Positions 55,138 to 64,000 of a DNA stretch of 64,000 nt are shown here, one piece after another. The position numbers and the translations under genes were made by a program. The stretch is from IMG/VR virus record IMGVR_UViG_3300030943_000012, one strand, 5' to 3'. Each line of letters begins with the position of its first letter. Position 1 is the stretch's first letter. The DNA comes from an uncultured virus (IMG/VR IMGVR_UViG_3300030943_000012). Taxonomy: Duplodnaviria > Heunggongvirae > Uroviricota > Caudoviricetes. Under the pieces are notes generated by a model, which was not told the origin of the DNA, made no database searches, and saw only the letters and a program-made list of their open reading frames with translations.

Positions 55138-56751
55138 TTACCCCGTATAATCTATGACTTCGTTCTGAATCATCATCGATACGATAGCCATGTCAGCGGC
55201 CACTGTCTGCACCGTAATGCCGCTCAACCGCCCATTTTGCGCGATCGCCGTGGGCTCCAAGATGACGATGCCGTTGCCGGCGCTTGACCATGCCGCATCG
55301 TCTCCGCCGGCCGTATGCCACGTCGCGGGGGCCCCGATAGCCGTCAGCCACGTCGCGGTCAGCGGGCCCAACGTGGTGGCGACGGCGCTCGACCCGGTCT
55401 CGTTGTCGATCGTGATCGCGAGATTCGGGCTCACCGCGCTGAAATATTTGAACATGCCCCACAGGCGGACGGACGCTTTTGTGACGTGGTAGCTGCCCGG
55501 CTTGTCCCACAGCTTCGACTGAACCGTCTTGATAAAGCCGTTCGAGGGATTCTGGAACAGCGGGTAGATCGTCGTGCCGTCGGTGCCGTAAGCCGTCAAC
55601 ACCGAATTGATTTCCTGGAATTGGATATAGGTGAGGATCGAATCCTGCTCCGAGGCCCACCACTTCTTGCTGTCCCACAGCAACAGCTTGTTGACCTGCT
55701 GGCCGCTCACCGGATCGATGATCGGGAGCAGCAAGACAAAGCACTTCTTGCCGTAGATGATCGCCTTGGCTGACGAAGGCAGCAGCGAACCGAAGTTCTC
55801 CACGGTGTTATAGACGCCATCGAGCGGCTCGCTGATCTTCGTCACCGCGGCGCCGAACGACACCTGCACGCCGAACGGGTTGGCGAACACGATATTGCGG
55901 CTGAACACGACGGGCGTGGCGCCCCACGGCGTCCCCACTTCCGGGTCTGCGTTCTGGTTCGTGAACGTGGTGGTGATGGCGCCTGCGTTGCCGCTGGACT
56001 GCACGCCGGAAATATAATTCACGCTGGAATCGCCAATCAGGTACAGGAAGCCGTTGGTCTGCTTGAGCGCGGTGAACCGCACGCGAAGGAAGCTGTCGGT
56101 CGACGTGAAGTTGCCGCCGCCATTGCCCGTCGTGAAATCGTAGGCAGCCCCAGCACCGCCGAAAATAACCGTGGCGTTGTTGATGATCCAGATGCGTCCC
56201 TGATATGTTTCGACAGCAGTGCCGCCCACCCCCGTCGGCATCGTCCCGCCGGTAGGACCGGCATCTCCCGGCTTATAAAACGTGGTGCCGTTCCACAAAA
56301 AATAGCCATTCGCCTGCTGCGCAACGATGATGATGTAGGTCGAACCATACTGTGAAACGCCAACGGTCGCGCGAGACGGGTTCGTGATCGTACCGGCTGG
56401 CGCCGCGTTGGTGATCACCCCGGTCAGCGTCGCGACAATGTCGATGCCACCGTCGTTCCGTATCACCACCATGTAGGGCGTGGCACCGATGTTGGCGAAA
56501 TCGAAGAACGATACGATGCCTGCCGTCGTCGTATAGAGCGCTGGCCCGAGGCCACGCATGGTACGCAAGAGGCGCTTGCCGATCGGCATGAAACCATCGC
56601 ACCAATACATCTGCTCGTCCTTCACGCCAGGGCGTGAAGTGGTCGTGTAGATGCCGTCGAAGTCCTCGAAAATCTGAGGTTCGGGCGGCCCAGCCGGAAG
56701 GTACGGACTGGGCTGCTCGCCGCGCGGCGGGGCTGGTTTCTGAAGGCTCAT
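55138..56751 (-). CDS. Tail nozzle/stabilisation protein (beta-propeller-like)
   Basis: ~537 aa beta-rich (YQGRIWI, NGFLYLIG); follows the adaptor genes. Confidence 0.7.
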   Translation of the reverse strand: MSLQKPAPPRGEQPSPYLPAGPPEPQIFEDFDGIYTTTSRPGVKDEQMYWCDGFMPIGKRLLRTMRGLGPALYTTTAGIVSFFDFANIGATPYMVVIRNDGGIDIVATLTGVITNAAPAGTITNPSRATVGVSQYGSTYIIIVAQQANGYFLWNGTTFYKPGDAGPTGGTMPTGVGGTAVETYQGRIWIINNATVIFGGAGAAYDFTTGNGGGNFTSTDSFLRVRFTALKQTNGFLYLIGDSSVNYISGVQSSGNAGAITTTFTNQNADPEVGTPWGATPVVFSRNIVFANPFGVQVSFGAAVTKISEPLDGVYNTVENFGSLLPSSAKAIIYGKKCFVLLLPIIDPVSGQQVNKLLLWDSKKWWASEQDSILTYIQFQEINSVLTAYGTDGTTIYPLFQNPSNGFIKTVQSKLWDKPGSYHVTKASVRLWGMFKYFSAVSPNLAITIDNETGSSAVATTLGPLTATWLTAIGAPATWHTAGGDDAAWSSAGNGIVILEPTAIAQNGRLSGITVQTVAADMAIVSMMIQNEVIDYTG

Positions 56752-56779
56752 GCGACGGGCCTTGCCAATATTCGGTACA

Positions 56780-57712
56780 TCAAAACCGACCATAAATGTT
56801 TGTAATTTTTCCGGCTCTTGAGTAGTCAGAGTACCTTTGGGCCATCTTCTCGTACAGCTCAAGCATTCCGCGTGCCCCGTTTAAATTTTGGGCCTCGAGA
56901 TACCAGAAGTGTGCAGCGAAGTACATTACGGCATCCGTCCACGGCTCTGGTAGCAACTCGACCGATTGGTTTGTCGTGAGATCTGCGGGGATGATCTGAC
57001 AATCCCATTCCATCTGAAAGTAGTTCGAAGGCAGGGGGTAGCAAAACAGGCTGCCCCCTGCCCCCTGCCCGAACTGCGAACACATCGCCGGAATCCACTG
57101 GTACTGGTAAGGGTAGGTCCGGACCTTCGCTTGGTACGTAGAAAAATCGTATGTCGGAAGCGAGTACCTATAGTTATTGTATAGTATGCTGACGGATCGC
57201 ACAAAGTAGACGCTGCCCGCGCCGGGCACGCTGCTCAGATCGATGTCAGAAAATTTGTATTCTTCCTGCCCCGGCTTCAGCAGGTTGATCCCGGTCACCG
57301 TCAGCGTCGCCTCCGCCCCGCTCCCGGTCGCATCGGTGATCGTCACGATCGGCTCGAAGTAGCCGGCACCGCCATCGGTAATGTCGATCCCGACGATCAC
57401 GCCGGCCTGCACGGTGGCGATCGCCGTGGCCTGGCGCCCGTTCGGATCGACGGTCCCGCCGCCGGGGAAGTCCGGCGTGCTGATCGTCACCGTCGGCGTC
57501 TCGCTATAGCCGGTCCCGCCCGCGGTCACCGCGCACGACACGATCTGCCCCGAGATCGGCGTTAGGAAACGAATCGCCTGCGAGCGCATGGCCACCTCGC
57601 GCCGCGCGCGATTGATATAGCGCGTGAGATCGCTGGGATTGGCGAGGATCTGCTTCTGCTCGCGGAGCAGGCGCTGCACATCCTGCTGGTAGTCGTGGAG
57701 GGTCATCGTCAT
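56780..57712 (-). CDS. Head-tail adaptor-like protein with inserted beta domain
   Basis: YINRARREVA...PEPWTDAVMYFAA; GGTGY/GGAGY insert. Confidence 0.7.
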   Translation of the reverse strand: MTMTLHDYQQDVQRLLREQKQILANPSDLTRYINRARREVAMRSQAIRFLTPISGQIVSCAVTAGGTGYSETPTVTISTPDFPGGGTVDPNGRQATAIATVQAGVIVGIDITDGGAGYFEPIVTITDATGSGAEATLTVTGINLLKPGQEEYKFSDIDLSSVPGAGSVYFVRSVSILYNNYRYSLPTYDFSTYQAKVRTYPYQYQWIPAMCSQFGQGAGGSLFCYPLPSNYFQMEWDCQIIPADLTTNQSVELLPEPWTDAVMYFAAHFWYLEAQNLNGARGMLELYEKMAQRYSDYSRAGKITNIYGRF

Positions 57713-58464
57713 CGGCCAGCCTTCCCATTCTGGGCCGGATCGTCCGCCATCTCGTACTGCCACGTCAACACCGCGGCGTTCGAGATGTTGCGCGCCCGCT
57801 GCACGAAGGTCTGATAGTAGCCGTAATACGCTTCGGCGTCCGCGCGCCGCGCCTGGGTCTGGCTGCCCAGCAGGGCGTAGTAGGCCGCGAAGAACGGCAC
57901 CGCATCGGTGAAGGGGTACGGGATCGCCTCGACCGTCGTGTCATTCACCAGCGTGATCGGGAAGCAGGCGCAATCGAGGTAGAGCGTCCACACGTCGTCC
58001 GGAATGGGGTCGACGTAGAACGAGCCGGACTGGCCCGAGCCGCTGGCGGCCGCCGCGCTGCCCTGCGCGTATTGCGCCCATGTCGTCGGTGGGTGCGAGC
58101 CGGGCGTCGAGCTATAGTCGACGGGCACCGGGTTGTTCAGGCAGTACTGGTCGAACCACTCCCATGGGCGCGGCGTGACGTACTGCTGGCCATCGCCAAG
58201 GCCGTAATTGATGCGCCGGACATTCCACGCACCGGCGATGCCGGTGGTCGCCGAGGTGCCGAGGTCGACGCTCGCGAAGCTGTATTCGCGCTGGCCGACC
58301 ACCGTCGGAATCGTCCCGATGCGCCGGATGCACTGCGCCTCTCCGGCGAGCTGCTTACGGGCGATGTTGACGTAGTCCTGGATGACGGTCGTCGGATACA
58401 GCCCCTGCGCGGGCGCGGGGTTCTGCAGCAGGCGCTGGGTGCGGGTCACATATTCGTCGAGCAC
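57709..58464 (-). CDS. Head-tail adaptor-like protein
   Basis: YVNIARKQLA...GQREYSF...PYPFTDAVPFFAA. Confidence 0.7.
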   Translation of the reverse strand: MLDEYVTRTQRLLQNPAPAQGLYPTTVIQDYVNIARKQLAGEAQCIRRIGTIPTVVGQREYSFASVDLGTSATTGIAGAWNVRRINYGLGDGQQYVTPRPWEWFDQYCLNNPVPVDYSSTPGSHPPTTWAQYAQGSAAAASGSGQSGSFYVDPIPDDVWTLYLDCACFPITLVNDTTVEAIPYPFTDAVPFFAAYYALLGSQTQARRADAEAYYGYYQTFVQRARNISNAAVLTWQYEMADDPAQNGKAGR

Positions 58465-58490
58465 GGCAGACTATCTCCTCTGCCGCCGCG

Positions 58491-58721
58491 TCAGTGGTTC
58501 CCCGACGGAATCAGTACGGGCGGTTGGCCGGGAATGCTGCGCTCGGCATCGATACGGTAGTAGCGCTCCGAACCGTCGGGGCGCTTGACGAGGAAGTGCG
58601 CGCCCTGCTGCGCCGCCAGCGCTTGCTGGGCGGGCAGCGCCTGCGTGTCGGACAGCGTCAGGCTTTGCGGGAGCGTCGGATTTGAAGCCAACACTCCCTT
58701 GGCGTTGAGCGAGTAGGTCAC
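58491..58721 (-). CDS. Small hypothetical protein
   Basis: AAGGAGG RBS, GTG start. Confidence 0.65.
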   Translation of the reverse strand: MTYSLNAKGVLASNPTLPQSLTLSDTQALPAQQALAAQQGAHFLVKRPDGSERYYRIDAERSIPGQPPVLIPSGNH

Positions 58722-58730
58722 GAGACCTCC

Positions 58731-59897
58731 TTACGGCGCCGGCTGCAGCGTGATGATGTCCGGGCGGCTGCCCATGACGAACGAGATGGTGGCGCCACTC
58801 GGCGTCAGCGAGCCCGAGGGATTGTACCCCACAACCGGCCCAGGAGCCGAAAGGAACAGGCCGCCATCCACGATCGAGCCAACCTGCGCTGCCACAGTTC
58901 CGTTTCCGGTCAGCACCACCTGCGCCGGGCGAGGGCGGAAATTGAGGCCGAGCACTTCCTGACCGTTGGTCACGGTGCCCGCCGAACCCGCGCCGCCGGC
59001 CGAAGTGACCAGTACGTTGCCGGTGCCGTATCCGAGGCCCGAGCCGATAACCGAGCCAGCCTTGACCGTCTGCATCACGTTGGCGACCAGCGAGCCCGAA
59101 GATCCCGCGCCGGCCAGCACCACCGAGACGTTGGCCAGCGAGCCATCCGGCAGCGGCGAGCCGTTGTTGGTCACCAGTGCACCGGTGATCGAGCCGGAGC
59201 CTGTCAGCGAGAACGCCACGACCGCCTGGGTGATGCCGACATTGAGGTTCGGATCGGCCGGGTTCGGCAGGATCACCGGGATCGGAGCCGACGGGTACCC
59301 AGCGCCCGGATTGGTGAAGGAGATGAACGACACGGTGCCCGAGGTGATGCCCGCATAAGCCGTCGCCTGGATGCCGCCGACGCCGTTCGAGTTGTTCGCC
59401 GGGGGCGGCGGAGCCGGGATGAAGACCAGCGGGGCCATGCCGTAGCCGGCGCCGACCGAGGTCAAGGTGCCGCCGACCAGCGCCAGCTGGCCGCCGACGA
59501 TCGGCGCGGCCGTGACGTTTGCGGGGCCGACGACGGTCGCGGTGGTCGACGCCTGCACGTAGCCGGAGCCGTAGGCCGTGGGCACGATGTTGTAGACGCA
59601 GCCAGTGAGGTTGGCGATGCGGGTGGTGAAGCCGTCGCTCTTGGTGAACTGGAAGCCGCCGTTCCACGCTGCGCTGGGCGTGTTGCGCCAGGTGTTGCTC
59701 ACCGGGTCGAGGAACTGAATCACGCAGTAGGAGCCTGCGTCGATGAACCAGTCACCGGCCGGGATGATCATCGCGTCGCCTGCGGCCAGGCCGATCCGAT
59801 TGGTCGGCGTGTCGAGCGGGGCGTTCTGCAGGTAGGACGGGTAGAGGTTCTGGGGCAGCGGAAGGCCGACGCCGGGACCGCTAATCAACTGAGCCAT
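58731..59897 (-). CDS. Capsid decoration/structural protein
   Basis: AAGGAG RBS directly after the MCP; beta-rich with G(S/A)GY repeats. Confidence 0.65.
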   Translation of the reverse strand: MAQLISGPGVGLPLPQNLYPSYLQNAPLDTPTNRIGLAAGDAMIIPAGDWFIDAGSYCVIQFLDPVSNTWRNTPSAAWNGGFQFTKSDGFTTRIANLTGCVYNIVPTAYGSGYVQASTTATVVGPANVTAAPIVGGQLALVGGTLTSVGAGYGMAPLVFIPAPPPPANNSNGVGGIQATAYAGITSGTVSFISFTNPGAGYPSAPIPVILPNPADPNLNVGITQAVVAFSLTGSGSITGALVTNNGSPLPDGSLANVSVVLAGAGSSGSLVANVMQTVKAGSVIGSGLGYGTGNVLVTSAGGAGSAGTVTNGQEVLGLNFRPRPAQVVLTGNGTVAAQVGSIVDGGLFLSAPGPVVGYNPSGSLTPSGATISFVMGSRPDIITLQPAP

Positions 59898-59927
59898 AGT
59901 GTCGTCTCCTTGCGATCCTAGATAGGA

Positions 59928-60968
59928 CTAAAAGCTTGACCCGGCCAAGTTAAATCCCCAGAACCCCGAGGCCGACTTGGCGGTGAGAATGTCGTAGCCG
60001 ACAACTACGACGCCTTGCTGGCCGATCTGGCCGAGCGGCACGAGTGAGTAGAAGCCGGAGAAGTCGAAGGCGGCATCCTCACTGAGGTACATGGCCGTGT
60101 ACTTCGTGTTGACGCCGAACACGTTGCCGACCGGGCAGAAGTGGTCCGCAAAGATCGGGATGCCCGAGACGTTGAGGTTCGGGAAGCTCGACCGCACCGA
60201 CGTGTTCATGTCGTAGGAGCCGCCGACGTTGACGAACTGCTGCTCGTTGCCGATGAAGTCGGCGTTGAGCGTCGCATAGTCGCCGGGGTTCATCACGACG
60301 AAGGTCGGGCTCTCGCCGCCGGCCTGGTCGGTCACGTAGGCGAGCAGCTTGGCCATCGAGGCGCGGGTGAAGCCCACGGTGCCCTGCGAGAAGGTGCCGG
60401 AGCCGAGGTTGATGTACTGGCCTTTGAAGGCCGAGTTGCCCGCGGCGTTGCGGTTGATGCCACCGTAGGTCGAGAAGTTGGTGCCGTTGTCGAAGGCGTT
60501 CTGGAACGAGTCCGGATACTGCGGGTTCGAGCCGTTGTTCGTAAACATCAGCCGCGCCATGTTCTGGCGGGTCACTGCGTAGACGTCGTTCATGCGGGTC
60601 TTCAGCAGGCTGATCTCGCGATCAGTGGCCTGGATGACCGTCTCGCCGAAGGGCAGCGGTACCGGGACGACCCAGTAGGCCAGATTGAACTGGCCGTTCT
60701 GAACTCCGGGGGTGATGACAGGGCTGTTGAATCCACCACCGTACCCGGTGAATTGGCCTTGCACCATGCTGTTGCCCTGCATGGGCACGGTGACCTGATT
60801 GAGGCCGCCGGCGGCACGCTGCGCGTTGCCCGTCATGTAAAACAGGGTCGGGGATCCGAAGTAAATCTGGACGAAGAGCCGGGGCACAAATGCGCGCCGC
60901 GTCACGGAACTCAATTCAGAGTACAATGAACCTGCGGCGGGTGCGACGCCAATTCCGGGAAGCGGCAT
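59928..60968 (-). CDS. Major capsid protein
   Basis: 346 aa after the scaffold; TYGGINR, FVVMNP, GIPIFADHFCP; AGGAG RBS. Confidence 0.85.
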   Translation of the reverse strand: MPLPGIGVAPAAGSLYSELSSVTRRAFVPRLFVQIYFGSPTLFYMTGNAQRAAGGLNQVTVPMQGNSMVQGQFTGYGGGFNSPVITPGVQNGQFNLAYWVVPVPLPFGETVIQATDREISLLKTRMNDVYAVTRQNMARLMFTNNGSNPQYPDSFQNAFDNGTNFSTYGGINRNAAGNSAFKGQYINLGSGTFSQGTVGFTRASMAKLLAYVTDQAGGESPTFVVMNPGDYATLNADFIGNEQQFVNVGGSYDMNTSVRSSFPNLNVSGIPIFADHFCPVGNVFGVNTKYTAMYLSEDAAFDFSGFYSLVPLGQIGQQGVVVVGYDILTAKSASGFWGFNLAGSSF

Positions 60969-61003
60969 AGTAAATCTCCTGTCTGCTTAAATAGGGAGCC
61001 GCG

Positions 61004-61606
61004 TTACCGATGGCCCTGCGAACGAACTTCCTGAAGCGCCTTCCGAGTAAGCGAGTCGGCGATGCGGTCGGCCTTGATCTCGTCCTTGCCTGCCAAGGCT
61101 TCGATCATGCCGTTCAATTCCTTGTCGGAGTCATCGATCTGCTCCATGAAATTCCATCCGCCGCTCGAACCCGGCATGGCCGGCGACTGGGGCGGATGCA
61201 TTTTCTCGTGGTAGGCAGCGGCGATCTCGACGTCGAGAATGCCCTTCTCGTCCATGATCTTCTCGACCGCGGCGATGGAATCGTCCATCCAGCCGGATCG
61301 GCGCAGCGCGCGAAACCCTTCGTCCCGCTTCTGCGAGAGAGCCTGAAGCGTCTGGTTCTGCGTGACTGCGGCATCGCGATCAGCGATCTCCTTGCGGAGC
61401 TTCGCCATGTCGTCCTGCATCTGCTGCATCGGGGACTGAATGGCGGCACGCTGGTCGAGGCGCGGGGTCTTGATGTTGGGGTCAACGATCTTGGCCGCCT
61501 GCTCCACAAGCAGGGCGGACTGCGGATTCTGCAGCAGCCCGTGTGCGAAGTTGTTCAGCTTCGACAGGCGGACAAATTCGGCTTCGTCGATCTCGACCCG
61601 CGCCAT
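61004..61606 (-). CDS. Putative scaffolding protein
   Basis: Coiled-coil protein immediately upstream of the MCP. Confidence 0.6.
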   Translation of the reverse strand: MARVEIDEAEFVRLSKLNNFAHGLLQNPQSALLVEQAAKIVDPNIKTPRLDQRAAIQSPMQQMQDDMAKLRKEIADRDAAVTQNQTLQALSQKRDEGFRALRRSGWMDDSIAAVEKIMDEKGILDVEIAAAYHEKMHPPQSPAMPGSSGGWNFMEQIDDSDKELNGMIEALAGKDEIKADRIADSLTRKALQEVRSQGHR

Positions 61607-61609
61607 GAC

Positions 61610-61789
61610 TTACTTGCTCCCGCCGGAGTTCGGCACATGGCTGAGGGCGAGCGAGCCTTCCTTGTCCTGCGAGGGCAGGTGCGACTTGCGGCCGCCGATA
61701 TCGATCTGCTCCATGTTGACGCGGATGATCTGATCGTCCGACTTCGGGAGCGTCTTGGTGTTGTTCTGGAAGATGTTCACGCTCGACAT
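61610..61789 (-). CDS. Small hypothetical protein
   Basis: AAGGAG RBS; MSSVNIFQNN... Confidence 0.55.
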   Translation of the reverse strand: MSSVNIFQNNTKTLPKSDDQIIRVNMEQIDIGGRKSHLPSQDKEGSLALSHVPNSGGSK

Positions 61790-61800
61790 TGATCTCTCCT

Positions 61801-61989
61801 TCAGTAGTCGTGGCCGCGCCGGGGACGGCAACAGCTCACGACACCCATTTCTTCGGTTGTCTTCATCGTCGTCTGCGCGCCGGACTTGCTGCCTTCGCGC
61901 GGCGTCTGGTGGACGCGAACGGGCGTATCCATCTCGGTGGTTAAGCCGGATGGCATCTTCACGTCGCTCTTGAAAATATTGCAGCCCAT
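61801..61989 (-). CDS. Small hypothetical protein
   Basis: TGATG coupling; MGCNIFKSD... Confidence 0.45.
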   Translation of the reverse strand: MGCNIFKSDVKMPSGLTTEMDTPVRVHQTPREGSKSGAQTTMKTTEEMGVVSCCRPRRGHDY

Positions 61990-62414
61990 CACGCGGCTCC
62001 CGCCATCGGCGGAGCGCCACCGCCGCCGGGGGGCGTCATACGCTGCTGCTTGAGCTGCTGCGCGGTGGCCTGGTTCTGCGTGTTGCGCATCTGGGCCTGC
62101 TCGAGCATGTTCTTCTCGGCGGCGGGCGAGACGGTGCCGGCCGGTACCATGCCCACGAGGATGTTGAGCACCTTGAGCAGTTTCTGGCCGATCTCGGAGG
62201 TCGCGCCGACCATGTTCATGGCGTCCTGGACCTGCTTGATGAAGACGCCGACGCGCTGCATGGCGGCAGCTTCGTAGCCGGCATTCGGCGTGGCCTGCGA
62301 GGCGGACGAGCCGCCGAACGGCTCCTTGCCGGGCATGCCCGCTGCGGGAGGACCGCCAGCCGACGCGGGCGGCATGCCGCCCGGCGGTTTCGGAGCCATC
62401 GCTTGAGGTGCCAT
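61989..62414 (-). CDS. Pro/Gly/Met-rich head-module protein
   Basis: MAPQAMAPKPPGGMPP...; between portal and scaffold. Confidence 0.6.
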   Translation of the reverse strand: MAPQAMAPKPPGGMPPASAGGPPAAGMPGKEPFGGSSASQATPNAGYEAAAMQRVGVFIKQVQDAMNMVGATSEIGQKLLKVLNILVGMVPAGTVSPAAEKNMLEQAQMRNTQNQATAQQLKQQRMTPPGGGGAPPMAGAA

Positions 62415-62540
62415 TGCCACGTCGTGAAGCCCTGCTAGGAAATGTGCCCTTAAACTCCACGGTGGCGAGGTTTTACACAATCCGCGCTGTTAGGAACCGG
62501 TTCCCTTGTGTTCCCCTGTGGTCTTTGGTATGACTTCGGC

Positions 62541-62735
62541 ATGGCGGAAGAACACGTAGCGCTCACGGTGAAGGAGGCGGCCTACAAGGCGCGCGTCAGC
62601 ACTAAGTTTTTCTACGCGCTGATCGGCAAACGGCTCGGGCCGCCCGTGAAGCGCATCGGAGATCGCATCGTGATCCCCGCCGAATCGTTCTACATCTGGC
62701 TCAACACACCAACGAAACCCAAGGGAAAACGATAA
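62541..62735 (+). CDS. Excisionase-like (HTH_17/MerR-type) DNA-binding protein
   Basis: LTVKEAA...VSTKFFYALI...PVKRIGDRIVIP; promoter TTGTGT-17-TATGAC. Confidence 0.75.
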   Translation: MAEEHVALTVKEAAYKARVSTKFFYALIGKRLGPPVKRIGDRIVIPAESFYIWLNTPTKPKGKR

Positions 62736-63091
62736 TGCACAGCGTCACGATTTGGTTTGGGCCCGCAGCGGCGGTTACGACGCTTTTGTTCAAGAACGAA
62801 AACAGAGCGGCGGAAACCTTCGACTTTCTGTCCGGAGAAGCCAAATCAGCGGTTCTTTCGGATGAGTTCGGGCAGCGCATTTTTGTGCGGCTCGGCGATA
62901 TCAACGCGCTGCTACTCGAAGACATGACCCTTTCGGTCGATGCGAAGGTGGAAGCGGCGCTATACACCGCTCGCGGGCAAGCCAAGGCCGAGACCCGCGC
63001 GAAGGAAGATCCGGTTCTCCTTGCCGCCGCGCGTAGCAGGAATCAGGGTCCGGCGGTCTACACGCCGGGTGGGATGAACGGGAGGGCGTGA
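62735..63091 (+). CDS. Hypothetical protein
   Basis: TAATG coupling. Confidence 0.65.
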   Translation: MHSVTIWFGPAAAVTTLLFKNENRAAETFDFLSGEAKSAVLSDEFGQRIFVRLGDINALLLEDMTLSVDAKVEAALYTARGQAKAETRAKEDPVLLAAARSRNQGPAVYTPGGMNGRA

Positions 63092-63276
63092 TGAGTCAGG
63101 AATATCGCGACTACTGCAACGCCAATTTCAGTCCTGAAGATGTCCCCGAACCGGAATGCCCGCAGTGTGGTGGGTCGGGGTGGACGGTGGTAACCGTCGA
63201 CAACTGTGATTATGAAACGATCGCCTGTCCAAATCACTTTCATCATCCCGAAAACAAAGCTCCTATTTCTTCTTGA
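63088..63276 (+). CDS. Small zinc-finger protein
   Basis: CPQCGGSG...CPNH. Confidence 0.55.
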   Translation: MMSQEYRDYCNANFSPEDVPEPECPQCGGSGWTVVTVDNCDYETIACPNHFHHPENKAPISS

Positions 63277-64000
63277 ACTGCGCCTCAAGCACTTTGCCCT
63301 GCACCTCGGAGGGCATCTGCTTGAGGGCGTCCAGCATCTCTTTCTGCTGGGCGGCGCCCGCGGCCTGCTTGTTCTTCAGGGCGGTGATCGCGACTTCCTT
63401 GTTCGGGAAGGCAAGGTTGTTGATCATGTACTCGCCATCGACATCGCCGATCTTGCGCGCCTGGAAGATCAGCTGGGTCGCCTCATCCGAGAAGATCGGG
63501 CTCGACGAGTGGCTGTCAACGGTGACACGGTAGTCGTCCGGCAGCTGCGACAGCAGGAACTTGGTCTCCTCGGCCTTGTCCGGCGTCGATCCGTCGGTCC
63601 AGTAGAATTTCGGATCCTTCGCCCGGCGCAGCTCGAACGACTTGCCGGCCGCGGCCGCCAGCTGGCGCTCGACCAGCAAAGCGCGGTCGCGCTGGGTCGG
63701 CGAGGCCGTCTTGAGCAGGGTGTTGAGCTGAACGCCGGCGCGCACACCCTGATCGCCCTGGCCCTGCATGACAGGCGGGAAACCGCCGATCATGTTGATG
63801 ATCTCGAGACAGAAGCGCAGCAGGGGCAGCGCCTCGGGCGGGATCTTGGGGGTCATGTCCTTGACGTCGGCGCCCTGCGGCAAGTTGATGTAGCCGGCGC
63901 CGCGGAACTGGCCGTACATCTCGTCAGTGATATTGCCGTCGCCGGTGAAGCCGATCAGCTTGTCGACCTGCAGGCCGTACATGCGCTTGAGGTCGTCGGC
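63263..64000 (-). CDS. Probable portal protein, C-terminal part (open at the right edge)
   Basis: Frame open to 64000; GGFPPVMQGQGDQGVRAG, VTVDSHSSSP; upstream of scaffold/MCP. Confidence 0.7.
   Translation of the reverse strand, partial: ADDLKRMYGLQVDKLIGFTGDGNITDEMYGQFRGAGYINLPQGADVKDMTPKIPPEALPLLRFCLEIINMIGGFPPVMQGQGDQGVRAGVQLNTLLKTASPTQRDRALLVERQLAAAAGKSFELRRAKDPKFYWTDGSTPDKAEETKFLLSQLPDDYRVTVDSHSSSPIFSDEATQLIFQARKIGDVDGEYMINNLAFPNKEVAITALKNKQAAGAAQQKEMLDALKQMPSEVQGKVLEAQFKKK

Noticed and set aside
1..64000. tRNA/rRNA genes and additional hammerheads
   Set aside because: No cloverleaf or T-loop context found by eye; other CTGATGA/CTGACGA hits lack the flanking stems. tRNAscan-SE and Infernal would be needed to exclude them formally.

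Overview
The window is almost a whole ~65-kb tailed dsDNA phage genome with podovirus-type organisation, high GC and a probably alphaproteobacterial host (inferred from gene content and promoter style). It appears to be opened inside the portal gene, with the N-terminus at the left edge and the C-terminus at the right edge. Minus strand 1-15.5 kb: an intein-containing large terminase, a sugar-nucleotide/glycosyltransferase operon (RHH regulator, STELLO/GT75-like enzyme, HNH, GT2, plant-type GDP-mannose 3,5-epimerase, serine recombinase, TPR-GT9), small genes and an N4/N6 DNA methylase. 15.5-17.4 kb: mostly non-coding, with a candidate terminus/packaging region and an iteron-like origin. 17.4-20 kb: early genes with an intergenic type II hammerhead ribozyme. 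20-36.8 kb: replication module (prim-pol/helicase, C5-MTase-like, FkbM MTase, PolA, nucleases, SNF2 helicase, SSB-like), with a probable ~70-nt antisense RNA in the replication-operon leader. 36.8-64 kb (minus): lysis, GH5-S74 tailspike, tail fibre, ejection proteins, tail/adaptors, capsid, scaffold and portal. The best novelty candidates are a putative phage glycosylation pathway built from plant-like enzymes, and an RNA-level regulatory layer (hammerhead, anti-RBS sRNA, recurrent 13-bp operator). All calls come from reading motifs by eye; no database search was run.
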